A DNA stretch of 64,000 nucleotides from Candidatus Latescibacterota bacterium (GTDB taxonomy: Bacteria > Latescibacterota > UBA2968 > GCA-2709665): the NCBI GenBank assembly GCA_965248435.1, contig OZ252100.1:2272001-2336000 (forward strand), written 5' to 3'. Position 1 is the stretch's first letter. Each line of letters begins with the position of its first letter. The notes beneath the pieces are model-generated. The model was not told the DNA's origin. It was given only the letters and a program-made list of their open reading frames with translations, and searched no databases. The position numbers were made by a program, and so were the translations under genes. Shown piece after piece: positions 1 through 9,772 of the stretch.

Positions 1-1276
1 CGAACCCGGCGTCAGTGACCGTCCCGTAGCTCTGAGTAGTGCTACCGTCGGCAGCAGAATTGAAATCCCCCACCAGGATGACCGGAAGGTCCTCGTCGCT
101 CAAGACCTGAAGCAACTCGGCCGCTTGGGCCTCCTGGATGGGCGCGAAACTCTTCGTCTCCAGGTGTGTGCTCACGAACCGGACGGTCCTCCCGCGGATC
201 GTAGCATCAACTGCGGCCCAGCCTCGGAGGACGGTGATGGGCGCACCCCCACCCACAGGAACGGCGAGGTTGGTCGAGAAGTTCTCCACCTGGACGTTCG
301 CAACTTCGACGTCGGCCCGCGCAAGGATCACCTCGCGGTCCGTGAGTCGAAGATCGTCGAACAGCGGAGCGCCCTCATCGGTGAACCCGCTCACCATCGG
401 CAGTTCGATGTCGGCATTGGTCGTCGTCGCAACCGCACGATACGACAGACCTCGCGCATCCAGTTCCTCCAGTAGGATGGAGAGATAATCGAGCACAAAC
501 GCCGTTGCGGATGTCGGGTTCCCGGCCAGGAAGTCGCCCGGGGATTGGATGCGGAACTGCGAAACTTCCTGCAGCCCCACGAGGTGAGGTCGTGACGCAG
601 CGATCTCATCGGCGATGGCCCGCGCTCGCTCGGGAAAGTTGGTCGCCTGAATGCCCAGCCACCCCTCAGTCACAAGCCCGGGAATCGCCTCGGGCGAGGG
701 CGCAGAAAGAATGGGGTCGATCGGAGCGCCCAGGTAGAGATTCCTCGTCATGGCGATTACCGAGGTACCGGAGCCGACGTCTGCCGGTCCCTCTGTGGGC
801 AGCGAAAGGAAGTTCGGCTTTCCGCCGTTGAGAGGGATACTGCCCCAGCTTCCAACCTGCTCGCCAGACACAGGATCGGTTGCCCTAGCAACATAGTAAC
901 CTGAAACGCCGACATGCCTGAACTGTCCCGTCGTGGGTGTCTCGACCTCGATCACAGCCCGACCATTCGTATCGGTGGTTCCTTCCCACCGAAAATCGTG
1001 ACTTTGACCGGAGATCGAACGGGAGAGGGCCACTACCACGCCTTCGAGTGGGGCCTCGTCTCGGGTCACGGTCGCAACGACCTCAAGATGGGTCGACACC
1101 GGTCCCGAAGCCCGTTTCGCCAAACCGACGATCGAAGTCTCCTCGCCACCGCCCGGTCCGAGAACCGACATGCCTCCCCCGTCACTGCCACACCCGGTCA
1201 ACGCAACGGCGAAAGTAAACACCATCGCGAACGCATGCGGATCTTTAAACTGGTCCACAAACTGTTTTGGTTTCAT
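1..1276 (-). CDS. Lipoprotein with an N-terminal Ig-like domain and an endonuclease/exonuclease/phosphatase (EEP) domain; 3' end runs off the window
   Basis: Not in the ORF track; translated by hand. ATG at 1276 overlaps the MMPL stop (ATGA) and follows an AAGGAGGAG RBS. Reads MKPKQF...VALTG-C (lipobox), then the EEP motifs MTRNLYLG, VGLQEV, VSTHLE and VILVGDFNS. Confidence 0.85.
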   Translation of the reverse strand, partial: MKPKQFVDQFKDPHAFAMVFTFAVALTGCGSDGGGMSVLGPGGGEETSIVGLAKRASGPVSTHLEVVATVTRDEAPLEGVVVALSRSISGQSHDFRWEGTTDTNGRAVIEVETPTTGQFRHVGVSGYYVARATDPVSGEQVGSWGSIPLNGGKPNFLSLPTEGPADVGSGTSVIAMTRNLYLGAPIDPILSAPSPEAIPGLVTEGWLGIQATNFPERARAIADEIAASRPHLVGLQEVSQFRIQSPGDFLAGNPTSATAFVLDYLSILLEELDARGLSYRAVATTTNADIELPMVSGFTDEGAPLFDDLRLTDREVILARADVEVANVQVENFSTNLAVPVGGGAPITVLRGWAAVDATIRGRTVRFVSTHLETKSFAPIQEAQAAELLQVLSDEDLPVILVGDFNSAADGSTTQSYGTVTDAGF

Positions 1277-3696
1277 TTTTCTCCTCCTTCTTTAAGACGT
1301 AGGGTCACTGTCTCACCCCTCGCCGTACCTCCCTTGACGTTTTCAACGATGGCACCGGCAGGGGTCCCTACGGCATTCCTGAATTTCAATCTCGAATCCT
1401 GCGACAAGCTTTTGAGCGCCTTCAGCTGCCTGTGGTGATGCAGCGGCGGCGCTTTCTTCAAGGCAAAGGCTGTGAGCGGGGGAAGCAAGACCAGGCTCCC
1501 GAAAGCGCAAGTGAGCATCGTGAGAGAAACCAACAAGCCAAGATTCTGGATGGGGGAAAATCCCGAAAAGGCGAAGACGATGAATCCCAGCACGTTGGAC
1601 GCCACGTCGAAGAGGATCGCTTTGCCTGCGGTGAGCATCGTGCGCTGAGTGGCCTCCTCGATCGCATGCCCATTGGCTCGCTCTTCCTGGAGCCGCGTGA
1701 AAAAGTGGATTGCAAAGTCCACCCCGATCCCTACCGCCATCGACGTGATGATGGCCGTGGCCATGTTCAGACGGATGCCGCAGAAGCCCATGATCCCGAA
1801 GGTCAAGAGCGTGGCAATCGTGAGCGGAATCACGCTCAGGAGTCCCTTTGCGGCGGATCGGAACGCGAACATGCAGAAGGCAAAGACCAGGAAGATGGCC
1901 GCCGCGATGTTGTAGACCTTGCCGATGGCGACGTAGTGATTCTGAGCGATCCAGATCAGGACCGACCCGCCGAACGCCACACGGACGTCCTCTGGAAAGT
2001 GCACGCGGGCGAGATCCTGCAAACGGCGGTAGATTCTCAATTGTTCCTCGTGGTCTGTGGCCGTAATCATCACCGTGATGCGTGCTCGACGATAATCCTC
2101 ATCCACCCACGCCGTAAGTTCCCGTTCGCCGGCGGACCCAGAGAGGAGATCAAAGGCGGCCTCGATCTCTTGTTCTGAATCAGGAATCGAAAAAGGAACG
2201 GGATGCTGACGATGCACCGTCGAATGGAGATGCCGCAATGCGTCGATCACAGATTCCGAACGGCTCACATCAGGCACCTTTCCAGCGGCACGTTGAAAGC
2301 CGATGAGCGACTGCAAGAAGGTGGGATGTTTCACCACATTGGGTTCATCCCCTTCCACCATCACATTGAAATACCGGACTCCGGAGAAACGGTCGTTAAA
2401 GACCCGAGTCGCCTTCCGAACCGGATGACCTTCGGGGAAGAGTTCAACAGGGTCGAGGCCCAGCCGGATGCGTGTGATTCCGATGCCAGATGCTACGATC
2501 AGCAGGAGTGTCACGACCAGTACGAGGCGTCCGTGATTCAGAGAAAATCTTCCCAGGCTGAGGAGCAGCCGTTCGCCTATGCTTCGTGAGCGATGTTCCG
2601 GCTGTTTTGGAGGCTGCTTTAGGAGAGTGAGAATGGCGGGCAGCAGAACGATGGCCAGCAGCATGGCAGAGCCTATGCCCGCCGCTGCAAACATGCCGAA
2701 CTCCCGGATGGAATTGACCTGGAACAGGAGCAGGGTCAACGTGCCGATTCCCGAGGTGATTCCTGTCAACAGAACCGGCAGACCCAACCGCTGCAGCGCG
2801 TGACGGATGGCGGTTTCGCCACGATGGGATTCACTGTTGTATCGGTGGATGACGTGGATGCCATAGGAGCTTGCTGTGGCGACTAGGAGGATGGGGATCG
2901 TGGAGGTGACGACATTCAGTTCGAAACCGAGGTAGCCCATCAGTCCGAGCGTCCAGACGATGCTGATCAGGATGACAAGCAGGGGGAGTATGGTTCCTCG
3001 CAGGCTTCGGAAGGAAACAAAGAAGCCGAGAAGGACCAGGGCCACGGCCAGAGGCAGGAGGATGTGAAGGTCGCCTTCGATGCCGTCGTCGATTTCCTGA
3101 GCCACGATGAAGTCGCCCACCGTATACAGCCGTTCCGGCCCCTCAAATCTGTGGATGATTTCGCGAACCTGCCGGGCCACGGTTGCCTGGTCGGCGGTTC
3201 GAGAGACCCGGACGAGGATCTGGGTCGTAGATCCATCTTCCGAGACCAGGGATCGTGCAGGGGAGCCCTCCGCCAGGAGTTGCTTGCGATACGTGTCGAT
3301 GGCTTCGGGATGGGCCAGGAGAGTCGATAGAAGAGAGGCCTCTGCGTGTTGGCCGTCGTTCCGTGGCGCCGGCAACGTGGCAAGGCTGGCAATCCCGTCG
3401 GCAGCTACGCCTTGTACGGTTGCCAGGGCGCCTGAAATCTGTGCGATTTTTTCCAGGCTCGCGGGCGAAAAGAGGTCTTCGCTTTCGACGGCGACCATCA
3501 TGATCTGTTCGTTGCCAAATACCTCCTCGAAACGCGCATTCGTCCGGATGATCGGATCGCTTGCCGGGAGATCGCCCTCGTAGTTGTTCCGGGTTTCCAG
3601 GCGGGTCATGCCAAAGGCGGCGGCCAGAGTCACGAGCGAACAGCACAGGATGATGGATCTTGGATACTTTACGATGATGTTGGCGATGCGATTCAT
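1273..3696 (-). CDS. MMPL/RND-family exporter
   Basis: 807 aa with two repeats of TM + periplasmic domain + 5 TM; motifs ATASSYGIH and GIGVDFAIH. Confidence 0.92.
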   Translation of the reverse strand: MNRIANIIVKYPRSIILCCSLVTLAAAFGMTRLETRNNYEGDLPASDPIIRTNARFEEVFGNEQIMMVAVESEDLFSPASLEKIAQISGALATVQGVAADGIASLATLPAPRNDGQHAEASLLSTLLAHPEAIDTYRKQLLAEGSPARSLVSEDGSTTQILVRVSRTADQATVARQVREIIHRFEGPERLYTVGDFIVAQEIDDGIEGDLHILLPLAVALVLLGFFVSFRSLRGTILPLLVILISIVWTLGLMGYLGFELNVVTSTIPILLVATASSYGIHVIHRYNSESHRGETAIRHALQRLGLPVLLTGITSGIGTLTLLLFQVNSIREFGMFAAAGIGSAMLLAIVLLPAILTLLKQPPKQPEHRSRSIGERLLLSLGRFSLNHGRLVLVVTLLLIVASGIGITRIRLGLDPVELFPEGHPVRKATRVFNDRFSGVRYFNVMVEGDEPNVVKHPTFLQSLIGFQRAAGKVPDVSRSESVIDALRHLHSTVHRQHPVPFSIPDSEQEIEAAFDLLSGSAGERELTAWVDEDYRRARITVMITATDHEEQLRIYRRLQDLARVHFPEDVRVAFGGSVLIWIAQNHYVAIGKVYNIAAAIFLVFAFCMFAFRSAAKGLLSVIPLTIATLLTFGIMGFCGIRLNMATAIITSMAVGIGVDFAIHFFTRLQEERANGHAIEEATQRTMLTAGKAILFDVASNVLGFIVFAFSGFSPIQNLGLLVSLTMLTCAFGSLVLLPPLTAFALKKAPPLHHHRQLKALKSLSQDSRLKFRNAVGTPAGAIVENVKGGTARGETVTLRLKEGGEK

Positions 3697-3719
3697 ACGA
3701 CCCTCTCGAAGTTAAAGTT

Positions 3720-4721
3720 CTATTTTCCTCGACTGGAAGAAACAACGTGGATCCCACTACCTCTCCTCGGCACGCGGCGCAATGCGGCTATTGAGGCAGT
3801 CGGGCGATCGAGAGCAAATGAACGATTCACGCGTGGTCGATAGAAATGCCAACCGGACTTTCGAGGGGACTTCGTATCGACAATGGGAAGAAGCGCGGTG
3901 CCGGTGAGCCCGGGAGTGCCGGCTCCAGAATGCAGCACGCGTGAGCGCAGCACGCGTTTGCTCGTTTGGAGCAGCGATAGGATGATAATCAAGACGACCA
4001 TCGTGAAGAGGTAGACCGTTTGATCGGGCTGAGTCATTCCAAGCGATGTCCTCAACACGAAGAACCCGCCGATTGGAATCGACGCGTTGTCGATTCCACC
4101 TCCTGCGATGGCTTCCAGGGTCATAAGGGCGAGTCCTACGAGTGTGGCGGTTGCCATGGCCTCGATCGCGCCCCTGCCGGTGAACAGCACGATTGGAATG
4201 AGGGTGCACAAGACAGCGATGAAGAGGAAAGAGATGGAGCCCTCCAGGCTTTTCTCGCCGCCTACCGCGCCGTAGCGATGGGATCCGTATCGGGATCCCA
4301 CCAAGGCAGCGGCGGTGTCGGCAAAAGTCAGTATCAGGAGCGGAATCGTGAACAAAATCGGGTCCCCTTCGGACAAAACGAAAAGCAGACCTGTTGCTCC
4401 AGGGAAAAGCAGATCCCCGGAAGACTGCCTTTCCACTCCACCAATCACACGGCCGCAGCGCTGCCGCAGGCCTTTTACGGACCGGACTGCAACCAGTCCC
4501 ACGGTTGTCATTATGGCCAGGAGAACGACCGGCCAGACCGTGTGAAAGAGCCAAGGGAACGGGAGTGCCGTGATTCCGCCCCCTACGTGCATGAGCTTGC
4601 GCAAACACTCCGGATCGGGCTGGCGCCGCCGCTGAAACAAGCTCAATGTCACCATCAGTGTAGATACGCCGGCCAGTGTAGCAAGGATTCCGAACCAGGG
4701 GTAGAAGTCGTCTAAGCTCAT
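3720..4721 (-). CDS. Phytol/dolichol kinase-like membrane protein (CTP_transf_1 family)
   Basis: Motifs LRKLMH, DTAAALVG, KSLEGS and GIDN; multiple TM helices. Start placed at ATG 4721 after a GGAGAG RBS. Confidence 0.85.
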   Translation of the reverse strand: MSLDDFYPWFGILATLAGVSTLMVTLSLFQRRRQPDPECLRKLMHVGGGITALPFPWLFHTVWPVVLLAIMTTVGLVAVRSVKGLRQRCGRVIGGVERQSSGDLLFPGATGLLFVLSEGDPILFTIPLLILTFADTAAALVGSRYGSHRYGAVGGEKSLEGSISFLFIAVLCTLIPIVLFTGRGAIEAMATATLVGLALMTLEAIAGGGIDNASIPIGGFFVLRTSLGMTQPDQTVYLFTMVVLIIILSLLQTSKRVLRSRVLHSGAGTPGLTGTALLPIVDTKSPRKSGWHFYRPRVNRSFALDRPTASIAALRRVPRRGSGIHVVSSSRGK

Positions 4722-4768
4722 AGCGGTCTCTCCATAAATTTTAGTTTTACTGCGATGTTCTATGTGAT

Positions 4769-4784
4769 TGCAAGGGGCGTGCCA
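4769..4784 (-). promoter_or_regulatory. Sigma54 (-24/-12) promoter for the kinase-MMPL-EEP unit
   Basis: Minus strand reads TGGCACG-CCCC-TTGCA, a perfect consensus match, 48 nt upstream of the start codon. Confidence 0.85.
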
Positions 4785-4896
4785 TAGCAAGGATCATCTT
4801 CCATTCTAATGGTTAAGATTCTGTTATTACTGTTGATAGTCTCTTGTAGCCAGTACGGAATGAGGTACGGTTCAGCGTCTCTGGAAACGAGATTGC

Positions 4897-4930
4897 TTGC
4901 GCGACATTGCGGGAAGTTGCACGGTCCTGC
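4897..4930 (-). promoter_or_regulatory. Candidate upstream activator sequence (10-bp-phased GCAA repeats)
   Basis: Plus strand has TTGC at 4897, 4907 and 4917, and CTGC at 4927; about 113-145 bp upstream of the sigma54 site. Confidence 0.55.
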
Positions 4931-5048
4931 ACTTCTTCTGCCGCTTAGAATAGACCCTGTGGGAAGCGTAATCGTGATTGGCTGTGAGAAGGGTATGGCT
5001 TGGAGGATTCGGTGCTTCGCGGAAACAGAGGCGGTGCCCCGCGACCTT

Positions 5049-6155
5049 CTAGACGATCTCCTCCAGGACGAAATCGCCATAGAAGAAGGTCTTGTCGCGT
5101 TGATGTAGCCGGTAGGAGAACTGATCGAGGGAACGGAGTTGTGATGCGAGGTAGTCTGGTCGGCGACGGGGGGTCAGCAAGTTCCAGTAAGCGATGCGTC
5201 CGCCGGTGCGCCCGACGTAGATGAGCCTTTCCAGAATAAGATGGTGAGACTCGGGCGGCATGTACTCAAAGATGTTGCTCAGATTAAACCGATCGAAACT
5301 GTTCGCAGGCTGTTTCCTCAGGCAGTCCTCGACTGACTGGCAACGCCATTCTAGCGCCCTGAGATTGTTTCGTATCGCTTCGAAGTTCTCGGGTCGAAGG
5401 GCATAAGGCAACGCTGTCAGGTGCTTTCCAGTCAAGATCCACTGAAGGTATGGATTCCGAGCGGGATCCAGATCTATAATCCCGTGTCGCGTGCGCTCCA
5501 GGATGCGGTCCGCCACGGTACCCTCCACATATCTGAAAAAGTTTGGATCCCGACCCAGCCTCCCCATAACTCGCCGAGAAAAGAAGAGCTTGAAGAGACA
5601 CCTCCACCGCAACGTGTCCCAGTGCCGGCCGTAGAAGGCACGCCGTCTTTCGCTTGTGCGGCTTTCAAGAAGTTGGGCGATCCGATCCCTCGAATGAACC
5701 AGGGGAAGAACGCGGTTCCTGAAGAGGGCGAGGTAGCGCTCAAACTTTCCGCAATTACCGATTCCCCCGGCGATGGCATCCGGGTGGGCGTCCCAGAACC
5801 CGCGTGTCGCAGATGAGAGTTGCGAGCGACAGCGTCGGTAGAGAGAAGCACGATTTAGTCCAGAGGTAACTCCCATCAGTTCGAGAAGCTCTGGATGGCG
5901 CAGCTCCTGGTAGGCGGCGACACGAAGCTCGAGACACGCGATCTGGGCCGGGCTGAGGTCCAGGGCCAACAGCCGCTCTGGTCCCTTGCTCAACAAGGCC
6001 ATACAGTTGTCACCGGCGGAAGCGATGGAGAGGCAATGGTCGCCTGGCTGAATATCCAGACCTTCTAGAAGGATGTCGGCATCCTCCCAGCACTGGGCGT
6101 ACCTGATAATGGAGAAGTCGGCGTCGACGCACGCACCGCGGCATTCGGAAATCAT
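5049..6155 (-). CDS. DUF3419 / BtaA-like SAM-dependent (3-amino-3-carboxypropyl) transferase
   Basis: Motifs IRYAQCWED, SIASAGDN, DLSPAQ, GKFE and LSNIFEY; AGGAGG RBS. Confidence 0.88.
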   Translation of the reverse strand: MISECRGACVDADFSIIRYAQCWEDADILLEGLDIQPGDHCLSIASAGDNCMALLSKGPERLLALDLSPAQIACLELRVAAYQELRHPELLELMGVTSGLNRASLYRRCRSQLSSATRGFWDAHPDAIAGGIGNCGKFERYLALFRNRVLPLVHSRDRIAQLLESRTSERRRAFYGRHWDTLRWRCLFKLFFSRRVMGRLGRDPNFFRYVEGTVADRILERTRHGIIDLDPARNPYLQWILTGKHLTALPYALRPENFEAIRNNLRALEWRCQSVEDCLRKQPANSFDRFNLSNIFEYMPPESHHLILERLIYVGRTGGRIAYWNLLTPRRRPDYLASQLRSLDQFSYRLHQRDKTFFYGDFVLEEIV

Positions 6156-6167
6156 CGTCAAACCTCC

Positions 6168-8861
6168 TTAAGAGGGTTTGCGGTCGAGCAGCTCCACGAC
6201 TCCGGTCTGGCCATCCAACCTCATTCCCGTCTTCAGGATCCGAGTGAGGTCCCTGACGCCCACCACCGTGGGAAGTCCCATCTCTCGCGCGACGATAGCG
6301 GAGTGAGAAAGAAGGCCCCCCCGCTCCACCAGAAGTCCAGATGCCGAAGGAAAGAGCGGGATCCAACCCGGATCTGTTCTCAGGGCCACGAGAATCTCGC
6401 CATCCAATTCCATGCTTTCATCCGGGGAGAGGATCACTTTCACATTGCCTTCGACACGACCGGGACAGCAACCCGTGCCCTTCAGGCGGTTCCCGTCCAG
6501 GCCTTCGCCATCGGAGGCGTCCTCATTCGAGAAACAATCGTTCGACCAGTATACGGGGCCGTGCGTCGAGAACCGCCGAGCCGGTTCCAGTTTTTCGTAG
6601 CGAGCGTATTCGGCCTGTCGAAGGGCAACCAGGGCGCGCAGATCCTGGACGGTCAGGGAGCCTTCGACTGTGCCGTGAAGCTCCTCGAGGGTCAGATAGA
6701 AAATGTCCTCCGGGCGATCGATCATCGACCGAAGGGTATAGTCATTGCCGATTCCGTAAAACATCGCGCGAACCACCCCGTAAATTCGCGTCCTGCAAAA
6801 ACGCGTGGTTTCACGGTTCCTGACCGCTTTGCGGGCGTGCTTGAGCACCCGCAGATAAACGAAGCGTCTGGCGACCGTGAGCCCGCTACGAACGACCTTC
6901 TCTGCAGCCGTCCTGATCGCGCGCTCCCTTCCTTCCTGGGCCTCGAGCTCTGTAGATCCGGAGCGCAGGTAGTTCTTGAGACAGACGAAGAGGAAAGACG
7001 GATCCTGGTGTAAGTCCTTTTGCTCCAACTTCATTTCGTTCATGCAGCGGAAACCGTACTGCTCAACGTAATGGTCGATCTTGGTGAGAAATTCCGTGTA
7101 GCCCGATCTGTTCAGCACCTCGAGACACGTTTCCTCAGGCTCGGATTCGATCAAGCGCCTCAGCCCAGAGTCGCCTGCGACTTCGACGGCAAGCCGTATG
7201 AGCTCACGCGTAGGCTCTGCAGACTCGATGCTTCCTTCGCCGCACAGCAGATCGTTCTGCAGGCCGTCTCCAAGGTGTCCCAGCCACCTCGAAGTAAGCT
7301 TCTTCAGGAGACCAAAATGGATCATGCAGAGATAGTCATTGACGATGGGTGCCTTCCAGTGCCACAACAAACGAGCTTCCAACTCTCGAAAGTCCGCGAG
7401 TATCTGGTCCGCTCGCATGCGGGAGTAATCCTTCTTTCGGAACTCGCCGTAGACCTCGTGAAAATGGGAAAGGAATCGATTCACCATCGACTGAATGACG
7501 AAATGAAAGCCCAAGAACTTGAGGCCGGTAACTAGACGTCGCAATCGGGCGGCCATTCTTCCGTACTTTCCTCCTCCTGCAGTTCGGTCGGCCAGCTCCG
7601 CCTCCAGGCTCCGGTCGGTTCCCATCATCGTCTCCATAAACGCACGGTTGTGTCTGTATAGTGGCAGGACACTCGTCAGCCGATACCAGTTGAGGAGGTT
7701 GTAGTAGATCCTGCCATTGAAGCAGCCGAGCATGTTGCTGAGGAAGCGGTCCATCCTCCGAATTTGCTTTCGAGGGAGCAGCAAAATTTCACAGAACTGC
7801 TGGTATACCCGGTGGTATGCAAAACGGGCAAACGTGAACGTAAGCGGCAGAGTGATACCTCCGTAACTCTCAACGATGTTGGAGTTGTCCCAAATCTGGA
7901 ACAGGCCTTCACGACCCTGTAAGGCCGTGGTGACGGGCCGAGACTGAAGCAGATAGAGGCGCCCATCCTTCAAGCCCCATTCGATGTCCTGGGGGTGTCC
8001 GTAGAATCCCTCCACACTTTTTCCCATTGAGGCGAGCTGCACGAGCTCTTCCCGAGTGAGCGAAGGGCGCTCCTTTAGTCCCTCGGGCACGGATGTTTCT
8101 GTAACGCCTCCCCCCACATCTCTTCTCACCAGTTTCCGAGGCTTGGGCACGATTTCCTGACTGATGACCCGATCGTTTTCCTTGTCGAGTACAAACGTGT
8201 CGCCGTCAAACCGGCCCGAAACGAGCCCCTCACCGAGTCCGAAGACGGAGTTTATCGTAACCCTCGAACGATCATTCTTCACGGGATCACAGGTGAAGAG
8301 CACGCCGCTCCTGTCGGTCTCTATCATCTCCTGAAAGACCACTGCGACGTCGATGTCACCGGTGGGATCCACACAGCGTTGCGTTCTGTAGCTGAGACTG
8401 CGTTCCGAGTAGGCGGAGGCCCAGCACGCCTTGACCTTTTGCAGGGCCTCTTCTGGAGACTGGATGAAAAGAAAGCTGCTCAGTTGGCCGGCAAAAGAGT
8501 GGTCGTGCGAGTCCTCACCGACTGCCGAAGACCTCACTGCGATAGGGGCCGGATCGAAGAGGGCATAGGCTGCCCTAACTTCTTCCTCGACATCAGGGGG
8601 AAGCGGTGTTTGGAGTATGAGTTTCTGAATTTCGGCTGAAACCCTGGCGTGATCCTCAAGTTGCTTCAGATGGTCACCGATGGCGCGCTCCAGACCGGCG
8701 GCGCGTCGGAAGCGCCTGAACAGGTCTGCGCCCAGGATGACCCACCGCGGGACGGGGAACCCCTCCCGCGTCAGCAGGTAGAGATTGAAGCCTTTCCCTC
8801 CGGCCTCTCTTCGTGCGAAGGCCTGGGGAGTCTGTTCGGTGATGAGATTGGCAGGTGTCAT
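6168..8861 (-). CDS. PEP-utilising-type ATP-dependent phosphotransferase (rifampin phosphotransferase/PigC-like architecture)
   Basis: ATP-grasp motifs GGKG, AVRSSAVGED, SFAGQ, DIEW and LQSRPVT; large central domain; C-terminal His-swivel TDPGW...LLSHSAIVARE. Start at 8861 is coupled to the UbiA stop. Confidence 0.9.
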   Translation of the reverse strand: MTPANLITEQTPQAFARREAGGKGFNLYLLTREGFPVPRWVILGADLFRRFRRAAGLERAIGDHLKQLEDHARVSAEIQKLILQTPLPPDVEEEVRAAYALFDPAPIAVRSSAVGEDSHDHSFAGQLSSFLFIQSPEEALQKVKACWASAYSERSLSYRTQRCVDPTGDIDVAVVFQEMIETDRSGVLFTCDPVKNDRSRVTINSVFGLGEGLVSGRFDGDTFVLDKENDRVISQEIVPKPRKLVRRDVGGGVTETSVPEGLKERPSLTREELVQLASMGKSVEGFYGHPQDIEWGLKDGRLYLLQSRPVTTALQGREGLFQIWDNSNIVESYGGITLPLTFTFARFAYHRVYQQFCEILLLPRKQIRRMDRFLSNMLGCFNGRIYYNLLNWYRLTSVLPLYRHNRAFMETMMGTDRSLEAELADRTAGGGKYGRMAARLRRLVTGLKFLGFHFVIQSMVNRFLSHFHEVYGEFRKKDYSRMRADQILADFRELEARLLWHWKAPIVNDYLCMIHFGLLKKLTSRWLGHLGDGLQNDLLCGEGSIESAEPTRELIRLAVEVAGDSGLRRLIESEPEETCLEVLNRSGYTEFLTKIDHYVEQYGFRCMNEMKLEQKDLHQDPSFLFVCLKNYLRSGSTELEAQEGRERAIRTAAEKVVRSGLTVARRFVYLRVLKHARKAVRNRETTRFCRTRIYGVVRAMFYGIGNDYTLRSMIDRPEDIFYLTLEELHGTVEGSLTVQDLRALVALRQAEYARYEKLEPARRFSTHGPVYWSNDCFSNEDASDGEGLDGNRLKGTGCCPGRVEGNVKVILSPDESMELDGEILVALRTDPGWIPLFPSASGLLVERGGLLSHSAIVAREMGLPTVVGVRDLTRILKTGMRLDGQTGVVELLDRKPS

Positions 8862-9772
8862 GAAACCCAGTCCGCATATCGGGTGGTAAGAACGCCTGAG
8901 TATACAAACACGATGTAGGCCGACGATAAAGCGCGATAGAGCCTGCAGAAGAGTGAGCAATCCTTCGCTGCATAGAGCACTCCGGTCACTACGACCGGGG
9001 AGGAGACGACGGCGATGAAGAAGAGGAGCGAAGATCTGCCAGGCAGTACACCATTGAAAAGCCACAGGACCCAGGCCATCATGCCCAGCACAAGGGCGAC
9101 CGCACCGTAGCGGCCGAAGACCTTCGAGTAAGAGTCGGCACCCGGGCGCTCTTCGTCCGAGCTAAACGTCTTGCGACCGAACTCGAAAATGTTGAACAGA
9201 CACCAGCTGCCGAGGGCCAAACGGTAATGAGCCGCTGTCAATGACCACGGAAATCGGGAGGTCACCGCCGAAAAGATGGCTAGAGAAAGGAGAATGGAGA
9301 CTGCAGTGTGCGTCACCGCGTAGGTCGTCAAGCGCGGGCGAAGGTGTCGAGACAGGAAGAACTCCTTGTACATCAGGAGCGAGTAGCAGATCGCCATCAA
9401 CATGGCAATTCCCGAATGCGTTCCAAACGTGGAGAATACCGCCAGCTCCACGACGATGCAGACCACGATCCCGATTTGGAGGTCCCGATGGCTTACAAGA
9501 CCGCGGACCAGAGGGCGTCCACGGTTCAGTCGACTGTCGACGGCGAAGTCCTTGATCTCGTCATATAGGCGAAGCTTGAAGAAGAAGGCGAGAGTGGCCG
9601 CAACCAGAGCGGCGAACCGCGCGGGGTTAAAGGGCGGCACGTCTTGATCGCCAGATAGCGTCGCCCCGACAGCGTAATGGGCGGAGACAAACACGGTGAC
9701 CGTGAGAAGATAGGAGAGAGGTGAAAACCGTTCTCGCGCAAAAGTCATCCATCTGGAGAGTTCGTGGATCAT
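8858..9772 (-). CDS. UbiA-family prenyltransferase
   Basis: Motifs ERF, LRLYDEIKDFAVD and RPLVRGLVS; about 8 TM helices. Confidence 0.82.
   Translation of the reverse strand: MIHELSRWMTFARERFSPLSYLLTVTVFVSAHYAVGATLSGDQDVPPFNPARFAALVAATLAFFFKLRLYDEIKDFAVDSRLNRGRPLVRGLVSHRDLQIGIVVCIVVELAVFSTFGTHSGIAMLMAICYSLLMYKEFFLSRHLRPRLTTYAVTHTAVSILLSLAIFSAVTSRFPWSLTAAHYRLALGSWCLFNIFEFGRKTFSSDEERPGADSYSKVFGRYGAVALVLGMMAWVLWLFNGVLPGRSSLLFFIAVVSSPVVVTGVLYAAKDCSLFCRLYRALSSAYIVFVYSGVLTTRYADWVS

Noticed and set aside
1273-3960. Non-conserved-looking C-terminal tails of the MMPL (about 1273-1450) and the kinase (about 3720-3960) as new domains
   Set aside because: They look like read-through into former intergenic DNA or the result of indel errors; no motif is visible.
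5049-6155. Betaine lipid (DGTS) synthesis locus
   Set aside because: No btaB methyltransferase is adjacent and the context differs from btaAB.
6168-8861. ppsA or rifampin-resistance gene call
   Set aside because: It lacks the C-terminal PEP/pyruvate TIM barrel of PpsA, and only the architecture is shared with RPH.
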